NCBI GenBank assembly: GCA_036732085.1
Contig: DAINDC010000001.1
Span: 5,696 to 38,801 of the forward strand
DNA length: 33,106 bases
Reading direction: 5' to 3'
Source of the DNA: Fibrobacterota bacterium
Lineage (GTDB): Bacteria > Fibrobacterota > Fibrobacteria > UBA11236
Below, one piece after another: positions 22,694-30,891 of this stretch. The notes beneath the pieces were generated by a model. The model had not been told where the DNA came from, ran no database searches, and saw only the letters and a program-made list of their open reading frames with translations. Numbering within the stretch: position 1 is the stretch's first letter; each line of letters opens with the position of its first letter. The translations under genes were made by a program, and so were the position numbers.

Positions 22694-23392
22694 TTACCGC
22701 TCCGCCGCCAGGATCTCCCCCACCGCGGTCATGGACACGATGAGGGCCGCGCCGATGGCGAAGGAATAGACCGGACCATGAAAACTGGTCGCGAAGGGCA
22801 GATACAAGATCGACGAGGAATCCTCGCCCGCCCTCCTCCCGCTGAACCGTAACGCCAAGGTATCCTCCCGGCCCCACTTCGGATGGTAATCCTTGCACAG
22901 GAACCGCAGGTTCACCCGATCCTCGCGCTCGCTGGCAGCGGCCGTGAAGACGGTATCGAGCCGATCGTACGGGACGTCCCCGGGGCCCCCTTCCTCCGCG
23001 GCCCGGCCGCCTTCGATCCGGCAAGGCGCGGGCGCTGACGCTGACGAAAAGGCGGAAGCGGAATCCAGGGGATTGCGGAATGGACGTATCTCCGCCGTTA
23101 CCCTGGCTGATTGGAAGCGGTAGGGGTTGAGGAACAAGGACAGCCGGAACCCGTAGATATCGCCGGTGTGGAAGGCCACGGTCTTGTTGTTGTAGAGGAA
23201 GGCGGGATCGTCCAGGTAGACGTAATCCTTGCGCACCACGATGCGATCGCCGCAGAGCATCCAAGGCGAGTCCGCGCACTTCCGCTGCAGGGACGCGCAG
23301 GAGGCGAACAGGAGGCAAAGCATGCAGAGCGCGCCCGGTAAGGTCAAGCCGCGGAGCCCGGAGCCGGTGATGCGAAACGAGCGCCGTCTCAT
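22694..23392 (-). CDS. Hypothetical lipoprotein with C-terminal hydrophobic helix
   Basis: The ATG at 23392 overlaps the upstream TGA as ATGA. The signal and lipobox are MRRRSFRITGSGLRGLTLPGALCMLCLLFASC. The C-terminal segment is GPVYSFAIGAALIVSMTAVGEIL. No family was recognised. Confidence 0.65.
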   Translation of the reverse strand: MRRRSFRITGSGLRGLTLPGALCMLCLLFASCASLQRKCADSPWMLCGDRIVVRKDYVYLDDPAFLYNNKTVAFHTGDIYGFRLSLFLNPYRFQSARVTAEIRPFRNPLDSASAFSSASAPAPCRIEGGRAAEEGGPGDVPYDRLDTVFTAAASEREDRVNLRFLCKDYHPKWGREDTLALRFSGRRAGEDSSSILYLPFATSFHGPVYSFAIGAALIVSMTAVGEILAAER

Positions 23393-24468
23393 GACTTGTT
23401 CAGCCCTTTCACGAACCGCTCCAGGGATTTGAAGAAGGCCGAGCGCCCTTCGAAATCCCAATAGACCTTGACGCCGTAGGTGGGCCCGAAATCGGTGCCG
23501 CCCAGCATATCGTTGAAGGTCTCGAAATAGAGGCGGTCGATGTCCAAGGTCAGGGACCAGAACAATTCCGAAATCGCCCGGCCCCGATCGTCCTGGAAGA
23601 ATCCGGAATGGTAGGTGAAGTTATTGCCGATGACGACGGGATAGAGCTTCTCGCCAATCGTGGTCTCGAAGCCGCCCTGCACCATGTAATAGCCGGGTTC
23701 GATCTTATGGAAGATGGGCGCGCCCAGGCGATCCACCAACGGATTCTGCAGCATGCCGCCGATGCGCGCCATGCCGTCCACGCGCACGCCGAACCATTCG
23801 GTATGGATAAGGGTTGGGAATTGCGCCAGGCCCATCTGCACATAGCCTTCCCAGGCAACGGAGCTCAAGGAGGCGCCCACGCCGGAAAAGAAATGGGAAG
23901 CCGAGAACCGGAGCCGGTCCTGGAGCTCCATGTCGGTGAAGCGGTAAAGCACCTCGCCGTTGAAGGAATAGTCCACGCAATGCGGGCCCATGTCGCCGGC
24001 ATCGCAGCGCACGGCCCCGCGCGGGACCGGATCGATTTCCCGGTAGGCCTTGTGGATGATCTCGTTCTGGTAATACTCCGTGACCGCATCGTTGTTGAGC
24101 CCCAGGGACAGGCTGTAGCGGTACATCATATTCGCGAGCTCCGTGGCCTCGGAGTTGATATGGTTGGAATAGGCCAAGGTGAAGAAGTTGAAGCCCACGG
24201 TTTCCGGGTACGGGCCCGGCTTGGTGCGCGCACTGTCCTGCACGGGAACCGAAGCGCTTGGATCGCCGTCCGTGGTGACGCCATAGCGGCGGCCATGGGA
24301 GTCGAATTCGGTGAAGGAGAGCAAGGTCACGCCCGCTTGGTACCCGCGATGGAATTCCGGATAGGACAGCGCGCCCCAGGCCGAGCTCAGCGACAGACTG
24401 GTCTGGGCGCAGGCGCTCCCGCCCAGGCCCGCCAGCAAGGCGACGGCGCATGTCCATCCCGCCCGCAT
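23389..24468 (-). CDS. Secreted protein, probable outer-membrane beta-barrel (weak LpxR/DUF2219-like resemblance)
   Basis: The signal peptide is MRAGWTCAVALLAGLGGSACAQ. The sequence alternates aromatic and aliphatic residues throughout (..GVTLLSFTEF.., ..FNFFTLAYSN.., ..YGVKVYWDFE..). The QNEIIHKAY segment recalls LpxR-family barrels. The family call is tentative. Confidence 0.6.
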   Translation of the reverse strand: MRAGWTCAVALLAGLGGSACAQTSLSLSSAWGALSYPEFHRGYQAGVTLLSFTEFDSHGRRYGVTTDGDPSASVPVQDSARTKPGPYPETVGFNFFTLAYSNHINSEATELANMMYRYSLSLGLNNDAVTEYYQNEIIHKAYREIDPVPRGAVRCDAGDMGPHCVDYSFNGEVLYRFTDMELQDRLRFSASHFFSGVGASLSSVAWEGYVQMGLAQFPTLIHTEWFGVRVDGMARIGGMLQNPLVDRLGAPIFHKIEPGYYMVQGGFETTIGEKLYPVVIGNNFTYHSGFFQDDRGRAISELFWSLTLDIDRLYFETFNDMLGGTDFGPTYGVKVYWDFEGRSAFFKSLERFVKGLNKS

Positions 24469-25704
24469 TCAACCAGCCTGCAAGGCATATCGGGAGGCGA
24501 TTTCCTCGCCGATGGCCAGGGAAGCCGTGGCCGCGGGGGAGGGCGCGTTGAGGACATGCAGGCTGCGCTTGCCCTCGGTGAAGAAGAAGTCGTCGACCAG
24601 AGAACCATCCGGCTTGAGCGCCTGGGCCCGCACGCCGGATCCCGCCGCGAGGAGTCCGGTCCCGGTGATCTCCGGCACCAGCCGCTGCAATGCTTTCACG
24701 AAGGCGGGCTTGGAGAAGGATCGGTGGAACTCGCCCAAGCCCATGCGCCAGTGGCGCGCGGCCAGCTTCCGGAACCCGGGATTGGCAATCACCTCGAAAA
24801 GATCCTTGAGATCGAGATCGGATTTCCGATAGCCTTCGCGCTTGAAGGCCAAGACCGCATTGGGCCCGCACTCCACTCCGCCGCCCACCATGCGCGTGAA
24901 ATGCACGCCCAGGAAGGGGAAGGCCGGATCCGGGACCGGATAGATGAGATTTTTGACCAGGCCCTGGGCCGCCGGGGCCAGCTCGTAGTATTCGCCGCGG
25001 AAGGGCACGATGGCCACGCCGGGATCGAGCCCGTCCAGCCGCGCGACCCGATCGGAGAGGAGCCCGCCGCAATTGATGAAGAAGCCGGTCTCGAATTCCT
25101 CCGCGCCGGCCCTGACCACTTTACTGGCCGTGCCGGCCCCGCCGGCCCCCCCCGCCTTGGCCGCAGGCAGATCCCGCAAGGCCTCGACCTTGGCTCCCAG
25201 CCGGATCTCGCCGCCCAGCTTGCGAATGAGCTCCGCCAGTTTTTCCGATACCGCCACATAGTCCACGATGCCGGTCTCGGGAACGCGCAAGGCGCGCAGG
25301 CCCGTGGCATGCGGCTCGTATCGGGCGATCTCCTCGGCGGGAACCACCGTAACACCCACGAGACCGTTGGCCTCCGCCTTCCCGCGCAGGGTCTCGAGCA
25401 TGGGCAGCTCGTCCTTGGAGGTGGCCACGATAAGCTTGCCGCAAAGCTCGTAGGGCAATTGGTTGTCCCGGCAGAAAGCGACCAACTCGGTATATCCGCG
25501 GCGGCAGAGCCTGGCCTTGTAGCTGCCGGGCTTGTAATAGATGCCGGAATGGATGACGCCGCTATTGTGCCCGGTCTGATGGCGGGCCACGCCGCCTTCC
25601 TTCTCCAGCACCAGCACCTTGCGGTCCGGGAAACGCTGCAACAGCCTCCAGGCCGTGGCGAGTCCCACGATGCCGCCGCCCGTGATCAGGATATCCGTCT
25701 TCAT
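24469..25704 (-). CDS. lhgO: L-2-hydroxyglutarate oxidase (FAD-dependent)
   Basis: MKTDILITGGGIVGLATAWRLLQRFPDRKVLVLEKEGGVARHQTGHNSGVIHSGIYYKPGSYKA matches the LhgO/YgaF signature. AGGAGG lies 8 nt upstream. The stop abuts the next ATG (TGAATG). Confidence 0.9.
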   Translation of the reverse strand: MKTDILITGGGIVGLATAWRLLQRFPDRKVLVLEKEGGVARHQTGHNSGVIHSGIYYKPGSYKARLCRRGYTELVAFCRDNQLPYELCGKLIVATSKDELPMLETLRGKAEANGLVGVTVVPAEEIARYEPHATGLRALRVPETGIVDYVAVSEKLAELIRKLGGEIRLGAKVEALRDLPAAKAGGAGGAGTASKVVRAGAEEFETGFFINCGGLLSDRVARLDGLDPGVAIVPFRGEYYELAPAAQGLVKNLIYPVPDPAFPFLGVHFTRMVGGGVECGPNAVLAFKREGYRKSDLDLKDLFEVIANPGFRKLAARHWRMGLGEFHRSFSKPAFVKALQRLVPEITGTGLLAAGSGVRAQALKPDGSLVDDFFFTEGKRSLHVLNAPSPAATASLAIGEEIASRYALQAG

Positions 25705-25723
25705 TTAAAAGTTCCTCCTGGCT

Positions 25724-26122
25724 TTAAGCCCAATTCTGCACCTCTAGGCCTTTGACCCTGGCGAACTCCTTCACATTATGGGTCACCACGGGAATCCCGA
25801 GCGCCAAGGCCTGGGCCGCAATCAGCAGGTCCATGGACCCGATGGGCTTGCCCGCCTTTTCCAGATACGCCCTGATTTTGCCATAGTGGTAGGCGGCGTC
25901 GCCGTCGAATGGAACGATTTCCAAGGAGACCAAAAACTCCTCCAAAGCGGCTTGATTGCGTTTGTTCTCCTGGCTCTTTTCCACCCCATAACAGAGTTCC
26001 GCCAAGGTAACCGAGGAGATACCCACGTCGCCGGGCACGAAAGCCTTGAAATGCCGGAGGACCTTTTCCGGCTTCTTCTTGATGATGTAAATGCAGATAT
26101 TCGTGTCCAGGAGGCACTTCAT
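25724..26122 (-). CDS. vapC: Type II toxin VapC (PIN-domain ribonuclease)
   Basis: MKCLLDTNICIYIIKKKPEKVLRHF...SSVTLAELCYG...IGSMDLLIAAQALALGIPVVTHNVKEF carries the PIN acidic residues in their canonical positions. There is an ATGA overlap with vapB. Confidence 0.92.
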   Translation of the reverse strand: MKCLLDTNICIYIIKKKPEKVLRHFKAFVPGDVGISSVTLAELCYGVEKSQENKRNQAALEEFLVSLEIVPFDGDAAYHYGKIRAYLEKAGKPIGSMDLLIAAQALALGIPVVTHNVKEFARVKGLEVQNWA

Positions 26123-26352
26123 AGTTCGACGCGCTTCTGCGGCTTAGGCTGGTTGCGCTCGGAAAGGAAATCACCGGAGAAATGGTCCAGGCTTGCGAAA
26201 AGGCTTTCCCAGGGATTGTCCTTGGGAATCAGGATCACGACATTCAGGGTCTTCTTGACGAATACCTCGGATCCCTGGAATCGGAATTCCTTGGGAAGTC
26301 GTACCGCCTGGCTCTGACCGTTTTGGAAAAGTTTGGCTGTTTGCATGGTCAC
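26119..26352 (-). CDS. vapB: Type II antitoxin VapB (AbrB/SpoVT-fold)
   Basis: MTMQTAKLFQNGQSQAVRLPKEFRFQGSEVFVKK is a canonical VapB N-terminus. Confidence 0.88.
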   Translation of the reverse strand: MTMQTAKLFQNGQSQAVRLPKEFRFQGSEVFVKKTLNVVILIPKDNPWESLFASLDHFSGDFLSERNQPKPQKRVEL

Positions 26353-26356
26353 TCCT

Positions 26357-26378
26357 AGTATATATCTATAAGTATATA
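26357..26378. promoter_or_regulatory. Putative vapBC promoter/operator: AGTATATA direct repeat (26357-26364, 26371-26378), second copy within the palindrome GTATATAC
   Basis: Read directly as ctAGTATATAtctataAGTATATAcc, 5-26 nt upstream of the vapB ATG. It is very AT-rich in a GC-rich genome. Confidence 0.4.
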
Positions 26379-26450
26379 CCTAAAAGCCTGCCCGGACAAC
26401 CCTTAAGGGGCCGGGAATCCCGTGGAACGCCTCAAATGACCCCATAAACA

Positions 26451-26470
26451 AAGGCCGGAATCTCCGCCTT
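26451..26470 (-). terminator. Weak candidate intrinsic terminator after the VanZ-like gene
   Basis: The minus strand reads AAGGCGGAgauUCC(G)GCCUU followed by UGUUUAU. The stem is ~8 bp with one bulge and starts at the stop codon. The structure is short and the U-tract is poor. Confidence 0.3.
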
Positions 26471-27858
26471 CACACCTGCGTGTCCTCGTCCTGGCGCATA
26501 TAGATGGTGAAGGCCGACCAGCCACGGGTCAGCACCAGGCTTCCGATCAGGCAGCCGAGCATGCCCCCGAAGACATCGGTGATATCGGAATAACGTCCCG
26601 CCACCCAGCCTTGGGCGATCTCAACCACCAGGGCCATGGCGCCGGACAGAAACAGCGCCAGCCAGGGCGCGAGCCTGGAACGCGGGAAGAAATAACCCAG
26701 CAGGAAACCCAGCGGGAAGAACACCATGCCGCTGATCATGAAATTGCCCAGGGCCGCGGCCGTAGTATTCTCGTATTGCGGCAGGAACAGGACCCAGTTG
26801 AAATGCGTGCGTCCCGAATGGAAGACGAAGGGATGCAGCCCGCGCACCAAGGCGGAAAGGAAAACCCCCAAGGTCCCGGCTATGCTCCAGAGCCAGGGCT
26901 TCTCGCGGAAGCCCGGGAACAGGAAGGCGAGCCCGCCCCCGACCGCGCCGATCCAGGCGACGATGACATCCTGCACCTCCGGTCCCCGCGAAACGATGAT
27001 GGCCTGGGACGCTTCCAAGACCATGCCCATCAGACCCAGCAACATCACTCCGGACAGCGCGGGCTTGGGCCAACCGACCTCCTTGAACACGCGGCAGCAG
27101 AACAGGCTGGCGAGCAGGAACTGGATGCAGGCGACCATGTCGTCATCGGGACGGGTGAAGCGGAACGGATGATGCAGCAGCGGTTTGAGATGGCCCCAAA
27201 TGCTTCCCACTTCCAGGGAGAAATCGAACGGCACCCAGCAGCCCGCCACCACCACGATGAGGAAGACCATGGCCGGGAACGCGGACGGCGCGTCCAGGAA
27301 GCGGCGTGCGAAGGGATGCGACTTGAAGCCGAGCACGGATCGCTTGAGCAGGATGCCGGATACGAGTCCCACGGCGGTCCCGATCGTATTGAAGAGGACA
27401 TCGGCCAGGGCCGGGAAACGCGTGGGCGCATAGATCTGCAGGAACTCGACGAAGGCGCTGAGCATGGCTCCAAGCAGGACGACGGCCAACTTCCGGAGCC
27501 GCGAACTCTTATAGATGAGAGAGAAGTATCCCAGGAATCCGAACGGGATGAAGAGCAGGATATTCTGGACCATGTCCGGGACCGAACTGAGGGGATGCCA
27601 GCTGATCCTCTGCGCCATGATGTGGAAGGGCGTGCGCGCGTGCCCGAACGAGAAGGGGAAGGTGGTGCCGTAGAGGACGAAGAGCGAGAACATCGCCCAG
27701 AGCAAGCGGGCCGTACTTTTCCGGGTACGATGATGCGGCCGCGATGGCGGCCCACTGGGATTGGGGATCCCGCTCAGGCCGAGATGCTGCCGCGCAGCAT
27801 CGGACCCAGGGAATTGGCGAGGCGCAGAGGCATCCTCGCCCATACGTTCCGGGTCCAA
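26470..27858 (-). CDS. Polytopic membrane protein with three tandem VanZ-like modules
   Basis: The VanZ signature E..Q....R.....D....N/x..G...G recurs three times: VEFLQIYAPTRFPALADVLFNTIGTAVGLVSG, LEASQAIIVSRGPEVQDVIVAWIGAVGGGLAF and VEIAQGWVAGRYSDITDVFGGMLGCLIGSLVL. The start is uncertain, because ATG 27858 or 27843 overlaps the upstream gene by 70-85 nt. Confidence 0.8.
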   Translation of the reverse strand: MDPERMGEDASAPRQFPGSDAARQHLGLSGIPNPSGPPSRPHHRTRKSTARLLWAMFSLFVLYGTTFPFSFGHARTPFHIMAQRISWHPLSSVPDMVQNILLFIPFGFLGYFSLIYKSSRLRKLAVVLLGAMLSAFVEFLQIYAPTRFPALADVLFNTIGTAVGLVSGILLKRSVLGFKSHPFARRFLDAPSAFPAMVFLIVVVAGCWVPFDFSLEVGSIWGHLKPLLHHPFRFTRPDDDMVACIQFLLASLFCCRVFKEVGWPKPALSGVMLLGLMGMVLEASQAIIVSRGPEVQDVIVAWIGAVGGGLAFLFPGFREKPWLWSIAGTLGVFLSALVRGLHPFVFHSGRTHFNWVLFLPQYENTTAAALGNFMISGMVFFPLGFLLGYFFPRSRLAPWLALFLSGAMALVVEIAQGWVAGRYSDITDVFGGMLGCLIGSLVLTRGWSAFTIYMRQDEDTQV

Positions 27859-28934
27859 CCTAATTTTCCCGCCGAGATATGCGTGGCTTGCTCAAGGAAA
27901 CGGCCCTTCTCATCGAATTGATACCGGTATAAAGGTAATTCTTGCGCGAGCCATTGTTTCTTGAACTTGTAGGTCCCTTCGTCCCGTGTGCTCCGTCCGA
28001 AATCGACCCGGCGGCAGCCTTGCAGGATGGCATAGCGGATGCTTTCCCAATACAGGGCGTTGTTGGGGCAGTGGACGCGCTCATCCTTGAGGGTCGAAGC
28101 CCAGGGAATGGCCACGGTGTCCTTCCAGAGGATCCGGAACAGGCCGCCGATGCATTTTCCATCGCGATGGGCCGTGCCGATTTGGGCGCCGGGAAAATGC
28201 CGGAGCACGGATTCGAAAAAGACGCGCGCATGCGTGGGCGATCCCAAATCGCGCATGTTCACGCAGAAGACGGAATAGAAATCGTCGAGCCGATCCTCCC
28301 GCCCCCACTTTACGGTGACGCCGGACTTCTCCGCCTTGCGCACCTGGTTGCGAACCTTCGCGTCCAGGCTTTTCCAATAGGTTTCGACCGCGGCCTCGCG
28401 ACTCTCCTTTTCCACGGGATCGACGAATTCCGGCTGCAGGGATTCCGGATCCAATCCTCCGCTTTCCCAATCCATGTCCCGGCTTTCCTCCAGGCCTGAA
28501 TTGATGGGCATCCAATCGCCTTCCTCCTTGAGCGGCAGGATCATGGCGACCTTCTCATCCTTGGGACGGGGCAGTCCGCAGAGCGGTTCCAGGCTGCGCA
28601 TCTCCAGGTTGGCCCGACGGTTTTGCGCCTCCGCCAGAAGCTTGTCGCGGAGCAATTCCTCCGTTTCCTTATCCTCGGCCAGGATGCCCCCGTAATCGAG
28701 ATAGGGCAGGCAGACCAGGTTCCGCCCGAATCCCGCCGAAGCCAGGAAGCAGGCGGGAGCCATGCCGCATACGGCTCCGGAGGCATCGGTGCGCACCCAG
28801 ACCTGGACGTCCTTGCCATAGCCTTCCCGGATGACGTCGATCCAGGCCGGATCGTGGCAGTAATTCGCGGCGTCATTTCGCTCGAGAAATTCTTTGCAAG
28901 CCCAGGCCAAGCCTGGATCCAGGGGACGAATCAT
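27774..28934 (-). CDS. Second FemAB-family / GNAT-fold protein (paralogue of 20418-21461) with an acidic internal insert
   Basis: ATG 28934 has AAGGAG 7 nt upstream (MIRPLDPGLAWACKEFLERNDAANYCHDPAWIDVI..). The C-terminal ..NNALYWESIRYAILQGCRRVDFGRSTRDEGTYKFKKQWLAQE.. parallels the motif of the first paralogue. Confidence 0.85.
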   Translation of the reverse strand: MIRPLDPGLAWACKEFLERNDAANYCHDPAWIDVIREGYGKDVQVWVRTDASGAVCGMAPACFLASAGFGRNLVCLPYLDYGGILAEDKETEELLRDKLLAEAQNRRANLEMRSLEPLCGLPRPKDEKVAMILPLKEEGDWMPINSGLEESRDMDWESGGLDPESLQPEFVDPVEKESREAAVETYWKSLDAKVRNQVRKAEKSGVTVKWGREDRLDDFYSVFCVNMRDLGSPTHARVFFESVLRHFPGAQIGTAHRDGKCIGGLFRILWKDTVAIPWASTLKDERVHCPNNALYWESIRYAILQGCRRVDFGRSTRDEGTYKFKKQWLAQELPLYRYQFDEKGRFLEQATHISAGKLGWTRNVWARMPLRLANSLGPMLRGSISA

Positions 28935-29040
28935 GTCGAAACTCCTTACAGGTTTTTTCGGGCGGAGCGTTTCGCCCTCAGGATCAATAACGATTAGGAA
29001 AAGGTCCAAAGCAAACGCCGACTGCGCGGGGAAGGGATCG

Positions 29041-29058
29041 AAAAAAATTCCCGGGAAT
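29041..29058 (-). terminator. Weak candidate terminator/attenuator or protein site: palindrome ATTCCCGGGAAT followed by T7 on the minus strand
   Basis: The plus strand reads AAAAAAATTCCCGGGAAT (A-run 29041-29047, palindrome 29047-29058) in the 215-bp gap between the UbiA-like stop and the femAB-like start. The usable stem is only ~4 bp. Confidence 0.25.
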
Positions 29059-29149
29059 AGCGCTTTCAATAGCTCCGGCAGAATATTAAAGCGCGGTGGC
29101 TAAAAGGGAATCGCGGCTTCAGTGAATCGCCCTTCGAAGAATCGCGGCT

Positions 29150-30019
29150 TCAGATCATCAGGAGGGCGGCGGCTTCCGAAACGTAGAGGACGACGATGGC
29201 CATCATGGTCCGGTCCTTCAGGATATCGGCGACGGTATTCTCGCCGTATCCCTTCTCCATCACCAGGTACAGGTAACGGAACAATCCGAACATGGCCACG
29301 GGCAAGGTATAAATGAGGTTGGTGGTATGATGGAACTGGACCGTCTGGATATTGGTGGTATACAGGCCGTAGGTGATGAGGGTAGCGGACAAGGTAACCC
29401 CCAGGAGAAGCCGCAGGAACTCGGGCGAGTAGCTGCGGAGCACCAGGCGCTTCTCCTCCAGGGAACGGTGCTTGTCCATGCGCTCGGCATAGCGCTTCGA
29501 GAATCCCAGGAACAGGCTGAGCGCCATGGTACAAAGCAGGAACCATTGCGAAGGCGGCACGCCGATGCCCCAGGTGCCGGCCAACAGGCGGATGATGAAG
29601 CCGAAGGCGATGCAGAAAACATCGACGAGTACAACGTGCTTGAGCAGCCGGGAATAAAGCACGTTGACGGCCATATAGGCGACCAGGGCGGCGGAGAGCT
29701 TGGGACCCGTCCATAGGCTGATACCCAGGGCGCCGGCGGCCAAGGCGGCGGCGAAGGCATGCGCGGAGGCCCGGGAGAGATCGCCCGAGGCCAAGGGACG
29801 CAACCTTTTCACCGGATGGGTCCGGTCCTCCTCGAGATCGAAGGCGTCGTTGACGCAATAGACGGCGCTGGCCGCCAAGCAGAAGGCCGCGAAGGCGGAC
29901 AGCGCCAGGAGCAGGAGGCCCGGATCGCGCCAGTCCTCGGCGAAGAATACCCCTGCAAGGACAAAGACGCTCTTGATCCAATGCGACGGCCGCGCCATTC
30001 GCCATAGGCTGAGTAACAT
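29150..30019 (-). CDS. UbiA-family prenyl-phosphate 5-phosphoribosyltransferase (decaprenyl-phosphate phosphoribosyltransferase, Rv3806c-like)
   Basis: MLLSLWRMARPSHWIKSVFVLAGVFF...VYCVNDAFDLEEDRTHPVKRLRPLASG (NDxxDxxxD plus RPxxSG), with multiple TM helices. An alternative GTG 30064 would overlap the SDR stop as GTGA. The 475-aa longest ORF is an artefactual extension. Confidence 0.88.
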   Translation of the reverse strand: MLLSLWRMARPSHWIKSVFVLAGVFFAEDWRDPGLLLLALSAFAAFCLAASAVYCVNDAFDLEEDRTHPVKRLRPLASGDLSRASAHAFAAALAAGALGISLWTGPKLSAALVAYMAVNVLYSRLLKHVVLVDVFCIAFGFIIRLLAGTWGIGVPPSQWFLLCTMALSLFLGFSKRYAERMDKHRSLEEKRLVLRSYSPEFLRLLLGVTLSATLITYGLYTTNIQTVQFHHTTNLIYTLPVAMFGLFRYLYLVMEKGYGENTVADILKDRTMMAIVVLYVSEAAALLMI

Positions 30020-30060
30020 GCCCGCGTCCGTAACTTCCACGGGACCGACGCCGGCGGGCT

Positions 30061-30891
30061 TCACAGCTTGAGCCTCTTGAATACGGGGCCGGGCAGGGCC
30101 TTGATGATGGCCATGATATAGCGCCAGAAGAACGGCGTATAGAGGATCTCGCGGCGCTTGCGGATGGCGGCGGTGATTTCCCCGGCCACGCGTTCCGGCG
30201 TCGCCATGAGCGGGCTTCGCATATCGCCCACCATGCGCGTCCGGACGAAGCCGGGCTTGATGGTCTGCACCAGGATGCCGGTGCCGGCCAGGCGATGGCG
30301 AAGGCCGGCGAGATAGGCCGTGAGCCCCGCCTTCGCGGCCGCATAGGCGAGCACCTTGCCGCGCCCGCGATCGCCCGCCACCGAGGAGACGCAACTGATG
30401 AAGCCCGCGCCCCGGCCCCTTTCTTCGCCGGGGACCTTGCCCCTGGCCTTGCTCATCTGCGCCCGGCGTTTCGCCGCCTGGGCCTGGAAGTGTTCGGCGA
30501 AGAGCCCCAGGATCATGGCCTGGCCCGTGAGGTTGGTGTCCATGGTCAGCCGCGTCTTGGCCGGATCGCGATCGCATTCCTCCTGGGGAATGAGGATGCC
30601 GGCCGCGAAGAAAATTCCGTGCAAGGCATGCGCCGAGGCCAGTTCCCGGAAACGCGCCGCATGGCCCGCGAAGTCAAGCACGTCCCAGACCAGGCACGGG
30701 GCCGCCCTTCCGTAGGTCTTTTCCAATTCGCGCGCGAAGTCCAGCAGGGCCGCCTGCGATCGGCCGATGAGGATCAGATCATGCCCCTGCGCCATCAGGC
30801 TTTTCGCCACCGCCTTGGCGATGCCGGAGGTCGCGCCGAAGAGGACGATTTTTCCCGGGCCGGTTTTTTCCGGGCCGGCTAAGCTTTCCAT
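30061..30891 (-). CDS. Short-chain dehydrogenase/reductase, DprE2-like position (decaprenylphospho-2-keto-pentofuranose reductase candidate)
   Basis: IVLFGATSGIAKAVAKSL is a TGxxxGxG-type Rossmann motif, followed by ..SSVAGDRGRG..YAAAKAGL (YxxxK). GGAGAGG lies 8 nt upstream. The gene overlaps the upstream gene by 13 nt. Confidence 0.85.
   Translation of the reverse strand: MESLAGPEKTGPGKIVLFGATSGIAKAVAKSLMAQGHDLILIGRSQAALLDFARELEKTYGRAAPCLVWDVLDFAGHAARFRELASAHALHGIFFAAGILIPQEECDRDPAKTRLTMDTNLTGQAMILGLFAEHFQAQAAKRRAQMSKARGKVPGEERGRGAGFISCVSSVAGDRGRGKVLAYAAAKAGLTAYLAGLRHRLAGTGILVQTIKPGFVRTRMVGDMRSPLMATPERVAGEITAAIRKRREILYTPFFWRYIMAIIKALPGPVFKRLKL

Noticed and set aside
28961-28980. The hairpin GGGCGgagcgtttCGCCC flanked by a T-run, near the femAB-like start.
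   Set aside because: The T-run precedes the stem on the plus strand, and an A-run follows it on the transcribed minus strand. The geometry is therefore wrong for an intrinsic terminator.
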